Positions 16,481 to 26,302 of a stretch of 38,421 bases of DNA are shown in pieces. The stretch is from a virus, in IMG/VR virus record IMGVR_UViG_3300044857_000165. One strand, 5' to 3'. Under the pieces are notes generated by a model, which had not been told where the DNA came from, made no database searches, and saw only the letters and a list, made by a program, of their open reading frames with translations. A program made the position numbers and the translations under genes. Every line of letters starts with the position of its first letter. Position 1 is the first letter of the stretch.

Positions 16481-17979
16481 AGATACACCTCATTTACATA
16501 CGCTTTTGCAGTTGGCACAGGATTGCTAAAATCACTAAATACAATCTGCACCTTTGTTTCTCCTGGTGGAATTTTAAAATATTTACTTCCTATTATTTCA
16601 TCAGACAAGCGTAGCATACCGTTGTAGTATGGCTTTTTTGCTTGTCCATCAATGGTAATTTTGCTTTTGTCTTCGTATCTATTCACGATGTCTCTTTGAT
16701 AGGCGTTTTTCATATCTGCGACAATGATATCTCGTATACCTATTTTCGATACCATTTGGTTCGTAGCGTTTCTCCCTTTGAATTGACCTTCAAAATATTG
16801 GATTCGTTTAATATTTTTATTTTTTGCCGAGCTTGGTAATGGAAACGAATAATATGTGCCATACCAGAAAAATCTAACAGCTCCATTCTCGATTTTCATG
16901 TCAAACATATTCGAATTTTTTAAACGAGACTCTGTTCCGTATGGATTATCTTTAAGCCAATACGAAGGCGTAAATGGTATTGTTTTGACGTGACCAGAAG
17001 GCGTACCAAATATGATGTTGGCACGATTTCCGACTTTATCTGTTTTAATCGTATCCATAGTCGCCAAAACGCTGTTGTCTTCGGCAACAAACGCCAAAGT
17101 AGATAGTCCTGTTTGCCCCATCAGCCCCGTTTCAAACCACAGTCGCGCCCACAAATAAAGATTAGTTACCGGTGTCGCAAATACTAATTCACTAGCCGCA
17201 CCGTAGTACCCTTTACTAGTTGATGAATTTAGATTGGACAACGACCCCATCCATGCGCCAAATTCAGGATACGATCCCATCGTGCCACTAATATCTTTAT
17301 CCGCATTTTCATACCATATTGTGGGTTTTGTCCAATTCGAATAATCTGTTGTGTTTCGCGATAGAATCACTTGTTTATACGCAGTTTCTGTATCTGCTTC
17401 TTCAACTTTCCCCAGTTGTATCACACCATGCTCCGATATAATACCAAGATAGCCATTTTCATGATTCATCGTGATATCATAATCTACCGTTGCCCATTCC
17501 GTGCCATTATTGACCAACTTTGCTTCCAGTACGCCATCGGAATTGAGAGCGAAGGGCTGTGCTTGTTTAACAGCAGAATGCGCTACTCCATCTGGAACGA
17601 GGAAGGTTAGGGTGCCGGTACCTTTTATTTTGATCTCTTCAAAATCAAGTGAACCACTAGGGACAGCTAAGAAATACCGATTGGGAAAATAACCAATGAC
17701 TAATTTTTTTGGTTCTTGTACATTTAGTATTTTTTGCAATACGTCGTAAGAATTTGTTGTGTCATCATTGATAAAAAAAGGAATTTTTATCTGTTTTATT
17801 TTCTTAGCAGTATACACAAAGTTACTGCCAGTATTTGCTCCGCTTTTTTCTTTTACTACTGGTTCATAATCTGCCCCATTTAGTGCTGTAAAACCTTTTG
17901 TTACTGTCAATAAATCAGTCAAATCATAATCGTTGAAACTAATGTCAATCAACTTCTCACCCCCTACCGTAGATTGCAT
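16477..17979 (-). CDS. Distal tail protein (Dit), enlarged/evolved type
   Basis: Follows the tape measure. [14 protein letters not shown] start is typical of Sipho_tail proteins. The likely true start is TTG at 17952, after the AGGGGGTGA SD. Confidence 0.65.
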   Translation of the reverse strand: MQSTVGGEKLIDISFNDYDLTDLLTVTKGFTALNGADYEPVVKEKSGANTGSNFVYTAKKIKQIKIPFFINDDTTNSYDVLQKILNVQEPKKLVIGYFPNRYFLAVPSGSLDFEEIKIKGTGTLTFLVPDGVAHSAVKQAQPFALNSDGVLEAKLVNNGTEWATVDYDITMNHENGYLGIISEHGVIQLGKVEEADTETAYKQVILSRNTTDYSNWTKPTIWYENADKDISGTMGSYPEFGAWMGSLSNLNSSTSKGYYGAASELVFATPVTNLYLWARLWFETGLMGQTGLSTLAFVAEDNSVLATMDTIKTDKVGNRANIIFGTPSGHVKTIPFTPSYWLKDNPYGTESRLKNSNMFDMKIENGAVRFFWYGTYYSFPLPSSAKNKNIKRIQYFEGQFKGRNATNQMVSKIGIRDIIVADMKNAYQRDIVNRYEDKSKITIDGQAKKPYYNGMLRLSDEIIGSKYFKIPPGETKVQIVFSDFSNPVPTAKAYVNEVYL

Positions 17980-20236
17980 CTAATAATTGGTTTCTTTTGG
18001 TTTGTTCATCTGTTATTGGCACAGCAAGCGTTCTAGACATTTCCTTTTTATCCATTTGATTTGATACTAGGATAGGTCGATTAGTTAATTTATCAACAAT
18101 GTTTAAAATATCTGTAGCTTGATTGTTTGAGTTGCTAGCATTTAACTTAAATCTATTCAAATCATCAACTAGTTGACCACTTAAAATGCTCTGTGTACTA
18201 TCGACAGCCAAATTCATCTGTAGGCTATCTGACAATGCATCACCCATTCCTAATACAGTCGATTGGACATTTTTAAATTGTTGTCGCAATCCGCCATCTA
18301 ATCCATCCATGATAGCTTTACCTGCAGGAATCAATAGTTTTTTATCATAGCTGATTGGGCCTTTGTGTTCCTTAATCCAGTCACCAATTCCGCCGATAAA
18401 TTTCTTACCAGCCTCCCATGATGCTGTCAAACCGCCTACAAAACCATCTATAATCGCTCGACCAGCGCCCATCAAATCTATACCGGTAACATTTCTGATT
18501 ATGTCATTACCCATGTTTAAGATAGCAGATATAACTTTGCCAACCATTGAGTTAATACCATTCAAAAGGCTCATGATTATTCTTACACCAGCGCTTAAAA
18601 TCTGTGGTAAGTTATTAATCAACCCAGACACCATACTGCCAAGCATTTTAGCTCCAGCAGAAAGTAAATCAGGAAGTTTAGATATAATCATCGTTAAGAA
18701 ACTAGTCATCAGACTTAATGCTGTGCTGATTAAATCAGGCAATCTTTGCATGATACCCATAATCAAAGACCCTAAAATCTCCATTCCTTTAGCTAAGAAA
18801 GTAGGTAAATTCTGGATAATCACATCAATAAAACTACTAACAGCTTGAATCGCACTAGCACCAATAGCCGGCAAATTCGAGATAATCCCATCTACCAAAT
18901 TAAGCAATAAAGTAACGCCTGCTTGTAAAATCTTGGGCAGATTGGTCATGATAAACGTGATGAACGTATTAATGAGCTGGCCAGCCACTATAACAAGTTG
19001 TGGCAAGTAACTGATTATCCCATTTATCAAATTAGTTAGTATGTTTACTCCCATCATCAAAAGCAATGGCATGTAATTTGTAAATGCTGTAGCTAAAGCC
19101 GTAATAATTTGGCTGACGCTTGCGACAATACCCGGCAACGCTTGGACGATACCATTAATAATGCTAGTTAAGATTTGCATACCTAACGTTAGTAGCGAGG
19201 GCAATTTCGTAATTATCCACGTACTTATGCCGTTGATTATGCCCTGAAAAGTCGTCATGAGTGTCGGAATTCCTGCGCTAACGCCAGAGCCTAGTTGAGA
19301 TAATACTTTACCGCCTTGCTCGGCAAACATCGGCCCAGCAGTCTGAAAAAATGTAATTAAAGCAGTCGGAAGGCTCTTAAGAATATTAGTAACCATTGGA
19401 AAGAAATTTTTAAACAAAAATGTACTTGTTGTTTCAGCAAGCGCATTAAGTTCGGGACCTATTGCTTGCCCTAGCGCTAGTTTTCCTAAAACATTTGAAG
19501 CGGCGGCTTTCATTGAAGCCATAGAGCCGCTAAATGTTGAAGCTGATTCTTTCGCAGTCGTTCCAGTAATACCCATTTCCCCTTGGACTGCGTGAATAGC
19601 GTTATACACATCATCTAAATTGTTGATATCATATTTGACACCGGTTAATTTTGTGGCATCAGCAAGGAGACGGCTCATCTCCTCTTTCGTGCCTCCGTAA
19701 CCAAGTGAAAGGTTATCTAACATAGTATAATTCGATTTCGCAAAACCTTTATAAGCATCTTGGATGGATTCCATTGAAGTACCCATCTTGTTCGAGTTGT
19801 CGCTCATGTCAATCAAAGCCATATTCGCAACGTCTGCAGCTGCTTCAGTATCTCCACCCATAGATTGCAATAGACTAGCAGAAAAACTAGTGACACTTTC
19901 CATGTATTTATTGGCAGATAATCCAGACGTTTTATAAGCTTCATCGGCATATTTCTTAACTTTGCCCGCTGACCCTTTAAATAGTGTTTCAATACCACCT
20001 AACGATTGTTGGAGTGCTGCACCTTCAGAAATGGAAGAAGAAATAATCTTTCCAACGGCAACTCCTGCTGTAGCCGCAGCTGCTAAAAGACCGATTTTTA
20101 AAGCAGAACCTAATTTACTACCTGCGGAAGTACCAGCAGAAGTCGCTTCGGGATCGATTTGTTTAGAAATAGCTCCACTAATTCCTTTAGCTGACGGCAT
20201 GATCTGTACATATGCTTGTCCTAATTCTGTTGCCAT
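17957..20236 (-). CDS. Tape measure protein
   Basis: 759 aa, Gly/Ala-rich N-terminus, hydrophobic 22-residue LP repeats, located between the chaperones and Dit. Confidence 0.9.
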   Translation of the reverse strand: MATELGQAYVQIMPSAKGISGAISKQIDPEATSAGTSAGSKLGSALKIGLLAAAATAGVAVGKIISSSISEGAALQQSLGGIETLFKGSAGKVKKYADEAYKTSGLSANKYMESVTSFSASLLQSMGGDTEAAADVANMALIDMSDNSNKMGTSMESIQDAYKGFAKSNYTMLDNLSLGYGGTKEEMSRLLADATKLTGVKYDINNLDDVYNAIHAVQGEMGITGTTAKESASTFSGSMASMKAAASNVLGKLALGQAIGPELNALAETTSTFLFKNFFPMVTNILKSLPTALITFFQTAGPMFAEQGGKVLSQLGSGVSAGIPTLMTTFQGIINGISTWIITKLPSLLTLGMQILTSIINGIVQALPGIVASVSQIITALATAFTNYMPLLLMMGVNILTNLINGIISYLPQLVIVAGQLINTFITFIMTNLPKILQAGVTLLLNLVDGIISNLPAIGASAIQAVSSFIDVIIQNLPTFLAKGMEILGSLIMGIMQRLPDLISTALSLMTSFLTMIISKLPDLLSAGAKMLGSMVSGLINNLPQILSAGVRIIMSLLNGINSMVGKVISAILNMGNDIIRNVTGIDLMGAGRAIIDGFVGGLTASWEAGKKFIGGIGDWIKEHKGPISYDKKLLIPAGKAIMDGLDGGLRQQFKNVQSTVLGMGDALSDSLQMNLAVDSTQSILSGQLVDDLNRFKLNASNSNNQATDILNIVDKLTNRPILVSNQMDKKEMSRTLAVPITDEQTKRNQLLDAIYGRG

Positions 20237-20883
20237 TTAACCACCTCCAATCATTTCTTGACGTTTACGTTCAAATTCCTCACCAGAGGTAAATACAACT
20301 GTATCATCTGATTTTTTCGCACCACCAGTTAAAAGTTCTAACAGAGGCGCTGGACGATTTTTATTCTTTTGACCATCTTTAGAATTCATCCACAATAAAA
20401 AGCCTACTTTGTCACTGATACCAGCTAAAAGCAGATTTTCTAAGGAAATATTTTGGTCGTTCATAATCATTTTTATTCTGGAATTATCTTTCAGACCATA
20501 AGAAAAAACAGCTACCTTGCTTAAAGGTAACTGTTTGTAGTCGTATATTTGATACGTTTCAGCAAGGTCGCAAATTAATGCATCCTCATCAGTTTTTATC
20601 ATTCTGGCAAGGAATGTTATTTTTTTACCGCTTGAGATTGGAAAATTTCGGTGATTTCTTCGGTCATTTTTTCAACTGGAACAAGGCCTTCTTCATCACG
20701 TAAATGGTCTTTTAGTTGATTGGTTTGTTCTTTTCCTAAAAGCATAATCACCATTTTAGAAATGACCATTGGATTATCTTCTAATTTCCCAATGGTTTCT
20801 AACAGTTCATAATTATTTAATCGAGCTTCTTCAATTTCATAGGCAAAGCCAGATTGTGTTTTTCCTTTTGTTTTTTTGGACAT
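20237..20883 (-). CDS. Tail assembly chaperone G-T fusion via a -1 programmed frameshift
   Basis: The A7 slippery run (20620..20626) abuts the gpG stop. The -1 frame stays open (ITFLARMIKTDED...) into ORF 20237..20602. Confidence 0.7.
20617..20883 (-). CDS. Tail assembly chaperone (gpG-like)
   Basis: Position between the major tail and tape measure genes. Ends in GTA AAA AAA TAA. Confidence 0.75.
   Translation of the reverse strand: MSKKTKGKTQSGFAYEIEEARLNNYELLETIGKLEDNPMVISKMVIMLLGKEQTNQLKDHLRDEEGLVPVEKMTEEITEIFQSQAVKK
20620..20626 (-). promoter_or_regulatory. Slippery heptamer A AAA AAA (recoding site)
   Basis: Seven consecutive T on the + strand, immediately 5' (gene sense) of the TAA at 20617..20619. 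Confidence 0.7.
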
Positions 20884-21446
20884 TAGGCTTCAGCTCCTGG
20901 TTTTTGAATATATTCATAGTGAGTATTTGCTTCAGTATCTGGCAAAGCGGCAATTGTAGTTTCAAAGCCATTTACTTCATCATCTTTATAGACAATCTCT
21001 CCAACTTCAGAAATTTTCCCGTTAGGAATGACAATACGTTTTAACACTCCACCATTTAATACCATTTCAGCTACTAAAACATGTGCTTCTGCAGGCGTTG
21101 AATTTGCTTTAATAGCAATACCAGTATCTAAAGTACCTGAAACATTTGTAGAACCATATACTTCTTTTAAAACTTCCACGTTTAACGGCTCAATTAAAGT
21201 ATAAGTGAAAGTATCGGCTTTTTCTGTTTGAACAACAGCAACAATATCGCCACCCCAGGCTTTTATGTTATCTGATTCTGGTGAGTTTTCATTCGTCATC
21301 CCATCTTCAGAAATATAACCTAATGGCTTAAATGCTGCATCTAACGCAGTAATCGAATCTGTTGGTAATGTTGTATCTAACGGTGCAGAATAAATAGCAC
21401 CGCCAACTTTAGGTTTTGCTGTGGTTACATTTTTTACATCTGACAT
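20883..21446 (-). CDS. Major tail protein
   Basis: MSDVKNVTTAKPKVGGAIYSAPLDTTLPTD N-terminus typical of phi13-type major tail proteins; position is consistent. Confidence 0.8.
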   Translation of the reverse strand: MSDVKNVTTAKPKVGGAIYSAPLDTTLPTDSITALDAAFKPLGYISEDGMTNENSPESDNIKAWGGDIVAVVQTEKADTFTYTLIEPLNVEVLKEVYGSTNVSGTLDTGIAIKANSTPAEAHVLVAEMVLNGGVLKRIVIPNGKISEVGEIVYKDDEVNGFETTIAALPDTEANTHYEYIQKPGAEA

Positions 21447-21458
21447 TTATGTTCCTCC

Positions 21459-21794
21459 TTAATAATGATTCATATCGAATACCGCTTGATAGCGATATTC
21501 CTTTGTTGTAGTGTCGGTGAAATTATAATCGCTATTGAGCTTTATTTTACTGATTTCATCTAGCTCAATCATTCCTTCAACCGTTTCTTTCACTGCTTCA
21601 TTTAAAACAGCTGCTTCATACATGCTTGGCGCATAACTTTGAAAAGCAAAAGTTGAAGAAGGTAAATAATTATTTTTCCCACTGCTTGTTTTTTCAAAAA
21701 GGACAAAACTTTCAGGGGGATTTTTCGGACGTTCTAAAAAAGACGGCACAGATAAGTGACCTTCTAAGTAATTTTTTATTACTAGTTCAATCAT
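21459..21794 (-). CDS. Tail terminator / tail completion protein (by position)
   Basis: 111-aa ORF directly upstream of the major tail gene. Confidence 0.45.
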   Translation of the reverse strand: MIELVIKNYLEGHLSVPSFLERPKNPPESFVLFEKTSSGKNNYLPSSTFAFQSYAPSMYEAAVLNEAVKETVEGMIELDEISKIKLNSDYNFTDTTTKEYRYQAVFDMNHY

Positions 21795-22031
21795 CTACCG
21801 CACCGCCTTTAAAATCGTATTGTTTTTCATGTTGTCTCGTTTAGCTGCGTAGGAATCAGGATAAACCATTGCATTAGCACGGTTTTTCCCGACATAAATA
21901 TCTTGACCGTAGCCATCTCCACAACGATTTTTGATTGCGGTGGCTTTTTCTTCCAAAACTTTTTGCATTTCAGCAGACTTCAAAAGCTGACCAACGCCCG
22001 CATAATTCAGTTTAAATCCAGACTTAGCCAT
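21795..22031 (-). CDS. Head-tail joining protein (HK97 gp10-like, by position)
   Basis: 78-aa ORF in the connector gene block. Confidence 0.45.
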   Translation of the reverse strand: MAKSGFKLNYAGVGQLLKSAEMQKVLEEKATAIKNRCGDGYGQDIYVGKNRANAMVYPDSYAAKRDNMKNNTILKAVR

Positions 22032-22362
22032 ACCGTTCCACCATCACTTTCTTGTTCCAATCAAGAGGAATCATATCCTCAATGCCTTCTGTCGCAAAGC
22101 CAAATGTACGCCATTTTTTACCGAAGAATAAAACTTCCTTATCCTCCCATTCATGCGTATCACCTTTTGGAATAGCAAGTGTATACACAGCGACTTTACC
22201 TGTTAATGACATTTGATTAGTTATGTCATCAGTTGTCGATGGAGAAACAAGCACATTATCAACTAGTATCTCAACATCTTTAACAACTGGACTGCCAAAC
22301 GGGTCTGTTGAAACAACTTGCTTATCAATAAGGGTAATTGGTATTCCATGAATCTTACCCAT
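22024..22362 (-). CDS. Head closure / head-tail adaptor protein (by position)
   Basis: 112-aa ORF overlapping both neighbours. Confidence 0.5.
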   Translation of the reverse strand: MGKIHGIPITLIDKQVVSTDPFGSPVVKDVEILVDNVLVSPSTTDDITNQMSLTGKVAVYTLAIPKGDTHEWEDKEVLFFGKKWRTFGFATEGIEDMIPLDWNKKVMVERYG

Positions 22363-22747
22363 AGATATTGATACCCCCTATTTTTTGTCGTTTCAGCCCT
22401 AACCGTTTGAGTTCTGAATCTTTAATAAATAATCCACCGCCTGGACTCAAATAAGTTCCAGACCAAGTATAGCCAAGTGCTGATTGACTTTCTTGTACCA
22501 TTGGTTGACCTGTGGTTGGGGTCATAAGTGTTCTAGCGATGATGTCAACTGTAATAGCTTTTAAAACACTTGCGTAAGACACGCTATCGGCAATTGACCG
22601 ATCTAAATCTTTACCGACTTTTTCAGCTTCCAAACGTAAAGTGTCAGAGACGACTGCTAAGAGCGCCTCTGCACGTAACATTTCTTCTGTTGTCAGTTGT
22701 CGCCACAATAACGAAACATCTTCAACTGTTGCAAAATTAGCCATCAT
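22355..22747 (-). CDS. Head-tail connector (gp6/gp15-like)
   Basis: ATVEDVSLLWRQLTTEEMLRAEALL N-terminus typical of this connector family. Confidence 0.55.
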   Translation of the reverse strand: MMANFATVEDVSLLWRQLTTEEMLRAEALLAVVSDTLRLEAEKVGKDLDRSIADSVSYASVLKAITVDIIARTLMTPTTGQPMVQESQSALGYTWSGTYLSPGGGLFIKDSELKRLGLKRQKIGGINIYG

Positions 22748-22764
22748 AACCTCCTATTTCGAGG

Positions 22765-22884
22765 CTACTTAGCCTCTTCTTTCTTAGTAGTAGTTTTTGT
22801 TTCCTTTACTTCTTCCCACGCTCCAGAAAGTTTCGTTTCTGCAACGATAACTACACCTGTTTTAGTATTCTTATATTTTTTCAT
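22765..22884 (-). CDS. Small Lys/Thr-rich protein (39 aa) after the capsid gene
   Basis: Not in the ORF track. Translates as MKKYKNTKTGVVIVAETKLSGAWEEVKETKTTTKKEEAK. Confidence 0.35.
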   Translation of the reverse strand: MKKYKNTKTGVVIVAETKLSGAWEEVKETKTTTKKEEAK

Positions 22885-22887
22885 TTA

Positions 22888-23787
22888 CTAAGCACCTACT
22901 TCTACACGGGCAAACGCTTCTGGGTCAAGAATTCCCCATCCGATAAATGCTTCAGCACGTAATAGAATTTCATTGTATGCTTTAAGGTCACGACCAGATC
23001 CGTCTGGGTCACCATATTCGATGATTTCCATTGGAATATTTTCTGCATAACCCCATTTGAACATGTTTTGGAAGTCTCCAACAATAGCGTGGTCTGTTTT
23101 AGCAGTTCCGCCTACTTTTGTAAGAGTGCTATTCACATCTGATTTCATACCATAGAATGAATCAGGGTTTTGACCGAATCGGAATTCAGGATATAGACGA
23201 TTTCCAGTTGTGTCTTTTAATGCTCCTAAGTCTCCACCAGCCACTGGAGAAAGTGCAAGACCATTTACTTCGATGCCATTAGTAACGACAGTTTTTACTG
23301 CATCTTCGACGTTTGAATCGATTGCAGTTGCGTTATAAACGACTACGTTGTCTGTGATTACACCATCAAATGAGTTTGTAGCTTTAAATGATGCATCTGT
23401 CATTGATTTAGGTTCTAGGCCGTGAATACCAGCAATGTCAAAGCCTTCTGCGATTTTCTTAGCGAATCCATCCGTAAAGTGATTAAGGTATTGAATTTGT
23501 TTTTCTTCTGATGCGTATTTAAATTCATCCGTGATACGTGCTTGATATACGAATTTAATCGGTTTGATAACTTTTGAAGTAATGGTTGCGCCATTTGCAG
23601 ACTTGAGACCACCTTCTCCGACAATTTCAGCGTTTCCGTCTAAGTTAAAGATGAATTGTTCTACTCCAGCGAATGGGATTGGTGTTTGTCCAGATAGTTT
23701 GGCAAGTGTTGAGTGTCCTTGCACTTTGGTAATCATTTGTCTTACTAGTTCCGGTTTGAAAAGTTCACCTTGTTTTAATGTAGCCAT
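22888..23787 (-). CDS. Major capsid protein
   Basis: 299 aa, directly downstream of the scaffold gene. Has the strongest SD and codon usage of the region. Confidence 0.8.
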   Translation of the reverse strand: MATLKQGELFKPELVRQMITKVQGHSTLAKLSGQTPIPFAGVEQFIFNLDGNAEIVGEGGLKSANGATITSKVIKPIKFVYQARITDEFKYASEEKQIQYLNHFTDGFAKKIAEGFDIAGIHGLEPKSMTDASFKATNSFDGVITDNVVVYNATAIDSNVEDAVKTVVTNGIEVNGLALSPVAGGDLGALKDTTGNRLYPEFRFGQNPDSFYGMKSDVNSTLTKVGGTAKTDHAIVGDFQNMFKWGYAENIPMEIIEYGDPDGSGRDLKAYNEILLRAEAFIGWGILDPEAFARVEVGA

Positions 23788-23792
23788 ATTTT

Positions 23793-24260
23793 TTATTCTC
23801 CTTTGTTATTTAAGTTTCTGACCATGTCGCGTAATCCGCTTTTTAATTGGTCAGCGTCAATGGTTGGTTCGTTCGACTTCATGGGTGGTGTTGGTTGTTT
23901 AGGCACTAAATAACTTGCTAGTCGTTCAGCATCAGCCTTGAATCCGTCCTCGTCATCGCCTTGAAGTCTGTCAGCTAAGTCAAGCGGTAAACCGTACTCG
24001 GTTGCAATGCGTTGCTTAGCAGTTTGTAATTTAGTTTGAGTTAAGTCACCATTTAATGATTCAACCTGAGAGCTTAACTCTGTTTCTTTAGTTTTTAAAT
24101 CGTTAATTGTGTTTTGGTAAGTTGTTTCTTTAGCTTCAAAATCAGCCAGTTGTTTTTTTAAGTCTTCATAGTCTGCATATTTCTCACGTTCTCTAGACAA
24201 ACGTGCTTTAATAACAGCATCTAATTCTTCTTGAGTTTCAATAATTTTAAAATCTGACAT
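23793..24260 (-). CDS. Scaffolding protein
   Basis: 155-aa acidic coiled-coil protein immediately upstream of the capsid gene. Confidence 0.75.
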   Translation of the reverse strand: MSDFKIIETQEELDAVIKARLSREREKYADYEDLKKQLADFEAKETTYQNTINDLKTKETELSSQVESLNGDLTQTKLQTAKQRIATEYGLPLDLADRLQGDDEDGFKADAERLASYLVPKQPTPPMKSNEPTIDADQLKSGLRDMVRNLNNKGE

Positions 24261-24321
24261 ATAACGTCCTTTCTCCTGCTTTGCCCTGCAGTTCGGTAAT
24301 TTTTTGCATTAAGAAGGTCTC

Positions 24322-25737
24322 TTAATAACTAATTCTTTGCTTTCTTTTAGGCTTAGTTGTTGCACAAAGCCAGTGCGCTAGCAATGCACTATCCATTAGA
24401 CTAATATCCCTATCATCAAAAAGCGACTTGTAACCAAAACCACCGTTTGAACCAATGTTGCGTTTTGTACAGTTGGTTGTAACAGCGGTTAGTGATGGTT
24501 GATTATTATGCCTCAAAGTTCCTTGAGCGATAGCTTGTTCCCACATCGCATTGGCTGTTATGACCTCTGCAACCGTTGGAAGTATTGGCGCTTTAAGTCT
24601 AAACTCTTTCATTTCAGCTTCAAGAATCCGTTGACCGTTTGCACCATCGACTACAACTTTCTCAACATCTGCATTTTGTAAGAAATTGATTATCCATTGC
24701 GAACCGTTTCTAATCGATACACAGTCAATAGTTTCAACAAAGACCTTTTCGGCTTTGGTTTTGACTGCAATTGACATTGAAACATTATTTCCGTCTTGAC
24801 CATACTTAACAGCTACAAAAAGCTTACTGTTAAATTCTGGTATTTCCTCAATTTCAAGTGCGGACCAATCTTTTTCGGAAATGTCTGATTTCATGTTGAA
24901 CGTAGGCCAATAGCCTAACCGTTGAATATTGTGGTCAAGTCCATTTTCGCCAAGCTCTGCTTCAATTTTCCGCTCATTTAAGTGATAACCCATTGACGGA
25001 TTTGTCAGATACCAACTGTCTGTGTCGTGAATATCCTTTACGGAATCCACAGACCACTCAGACCAACCAGAATACTTCTTATCGCCTTTCAAAGCATCTT
25101 TACGATAGTTTTCAAATACAGTACCAGTTGAGACTTCAGTAGGTGGTGTACCTAGCATAATTGTCATGGGGTTGTCACTGTCAGAAACGGTATATTTTAA
25201 AGCAGTCTCTTGCTCGGCTGTGTACTCTTGCGCTTCGTCAATGACAAGCAAGTCAAACCCTTCACCAAGTCCACCGTTAGATGTTCGAGTTCGGAATTGA
25301 ATGACAGAACTTGTCGATTTAAATTCAATACGTTCTTGACCTTTTGCTTTATTAGAAGTGAAATCTTCACCGTCTACATAGCCAGATATTTCAAGGTATT
25401 TTTTTAACTTTAAGAATGACGAATGTGATGTACTAATTCTGTGTGCAGTATGCAACATATTTAGCCCGTTATGCAGTCCCCACAATTCTAAAAGATAAAC
25501 AACCTCTGTTTTACCGTTTCGCCGAGGAAGTGAGTAACCATATTTTTGATGCACCCACAGACCATCATCGTTGACAGCCATTATGTCCTCTAGCAGATAT
25601 TTTTGCCAGTCGTAGTATTTAAGACCAGTCTTTGCATAATAACCAAGCGCTTCGGGTGATAGTGTTTTAGTCCAATGTAAGTTTACCGATTGAGTTGGAT
25701 GTTGATTGCCAAGTTTTTCTTTAGTTTTGACCATCAC
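24322..25737 (-). CDS. terL: Terminase large subunit
   Basis: Walker A LPRRNGKTEV, Walker B DLLVIDEAQ, C-terminal nuclease-sized domain. Confidence 0.85.
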   Translation of the reverse strand: MMVKTKEKLGNQHPTQSVNLHWTKTLSPEALGYYAKTGLKYYDWQKYLLEDIMAVNDDGLWVHQKYGYSLPRRNGKTEVVYLLELWGLHNGLNMLHTAHRISTSHSSFLKLKKYLEISGYVDGEDFTSNKAKGQERIEFKSTSSVIQFRTRTSNGGLGEGFDLLVIDEAQEYTAEQETALKYTVSDSDNPMTIMLGTPPTEVSTGTVFENYRKDALKGDKKYSGWSEWSVDSVKDIHDTDSWYLTNPSMGYHLNERKIEAELGENGLDHNIQRLGYWPTFNMKSDISEKDWSALEIEEIPEFNSKLFVAVKYGQDGNNVSMSIAVKTKAEKVFVETIDCVSIRNGSQWIINFLQNADVEKVVVDGANGQRILEAEMKEFRLKAPILPTVAEVITANAMWEQAIAQGTLRHNNQPSLTAVTTNCTKRNIGSNGGFGYKSLFDDRDISLMDSALLAHWLCATTKPKRKQRISY

Positions 25738-25837
25738 TGTTTCCTTTCAACCGTATTGCATGATAACCCTATCGCTGGAAGATGTTAGATCACCACCTTT
25801 CAGTTTTCTGCCGGTTTCAAGGTGCGTCTCCTTTCTA

Positions 25838-25954
25838 TTAAATGTTAATCTTACGTTTTAAAAAGCAATAACATTTTCCAAATATATTAATTTGAAACCA
25901 TGCTTCTGCATATCGTTTCCCGTTTGCTTCATATTTAGTTATATAGTGTTTCAA
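25838..25954 (-). CDS. Small TTG-initiated ORF (38 aa, MKHYITKYEANGKRYAEAWFQINIFGKCYCFLKRKINI)
   Basis: AAAGGAGA SD 8 nt upstream of the TTG. Lies in the 277-bp gap upstream of terL. Confidence 0.3.
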   Translation of the reverse strand: MKHYITKYEANGKRYAEAWFQINIFGKCYCFLKRKINI

Positions 25955-26014
25955 GATGTGCTCTCCTTTCTACCAATTTTAGCTTCTTCCATTCCTACCT
26001 CCAAAAAAATCATA

Positions 26015-26299
26015 TTACCCCTTTCTTAAAAACGAAAAATCATTATCTGTAAGAACTTGATGCAGTACAATGCCTAATCTGTTTACTTTATCTTCATCTT
26101 GTTCTAAGCCAGCTTCCTCAAAAATGCAATGTACAATTTCGTGAACTAGCGTTTGTTCAGTTCTTTGTTTACTCATATTTGAATCTAAAGCGATTGTCGT
26201 CTTTTTTAGATTTGTTTCGCCCCAATTATCAGTATCCCCAACTAAATCATCTTTAATTTCAATCGGATATACAATCCCACCAATTTTTACTTCTTCCAT
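26015..26299 (-). CDS. Mini zinc-metallopeptidase-like protein (HExxH, ImmA/IrrE-like core)
   Basis: TTIALDSNMSKQRTEQTLVHEIVHCIFEE matches the ImmA/IrrE-type HExxH neighbourhood. Confidence 0.55.
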   Translation of the reverse strand: MEEVKIGGIVYPIEIKDDLVGDTDNWGETNLKKTTIALDSNMSKQRTEQTLVHEIVHCIFEEAGLEQDEDKVNRLGIVLHQVLTDNDFSFLRKG

Positions 26300-26302
26300 T
26301 CC

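Noticed and set aside
18363-18848. 161-aa + strand ORF, and other + strand ORFs inside - strand genes (1577..1765, 3356..3577, 13437..13846, 15324..15704, 17371..17692, 19962..20240, 20769..21044, 21626..22175, 23564..23821, 30264..30521, 30762..31025, 32842..33249, 33469..33759, 34173..34954, 36035..36407, 37831..38022)
   Set aside because: These are shadow ORFs antisense to well-supported genes. They lack SDs and have low-complexity Ser/Leu/Ile/Phe-rich composition typical of the reverse strand of AT-rich coding DNA.
22902-23624. Same-strand alternative-frame ORFs inside the capsid gene (22902..23084, 23415..23624), plus 19813..19998 in the TMP gene and 26287..26469 in the MuF gene
   Set aside because: They are embedded in strong coding frames, with no SD and odd composition. 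I consider them chance ORFs.
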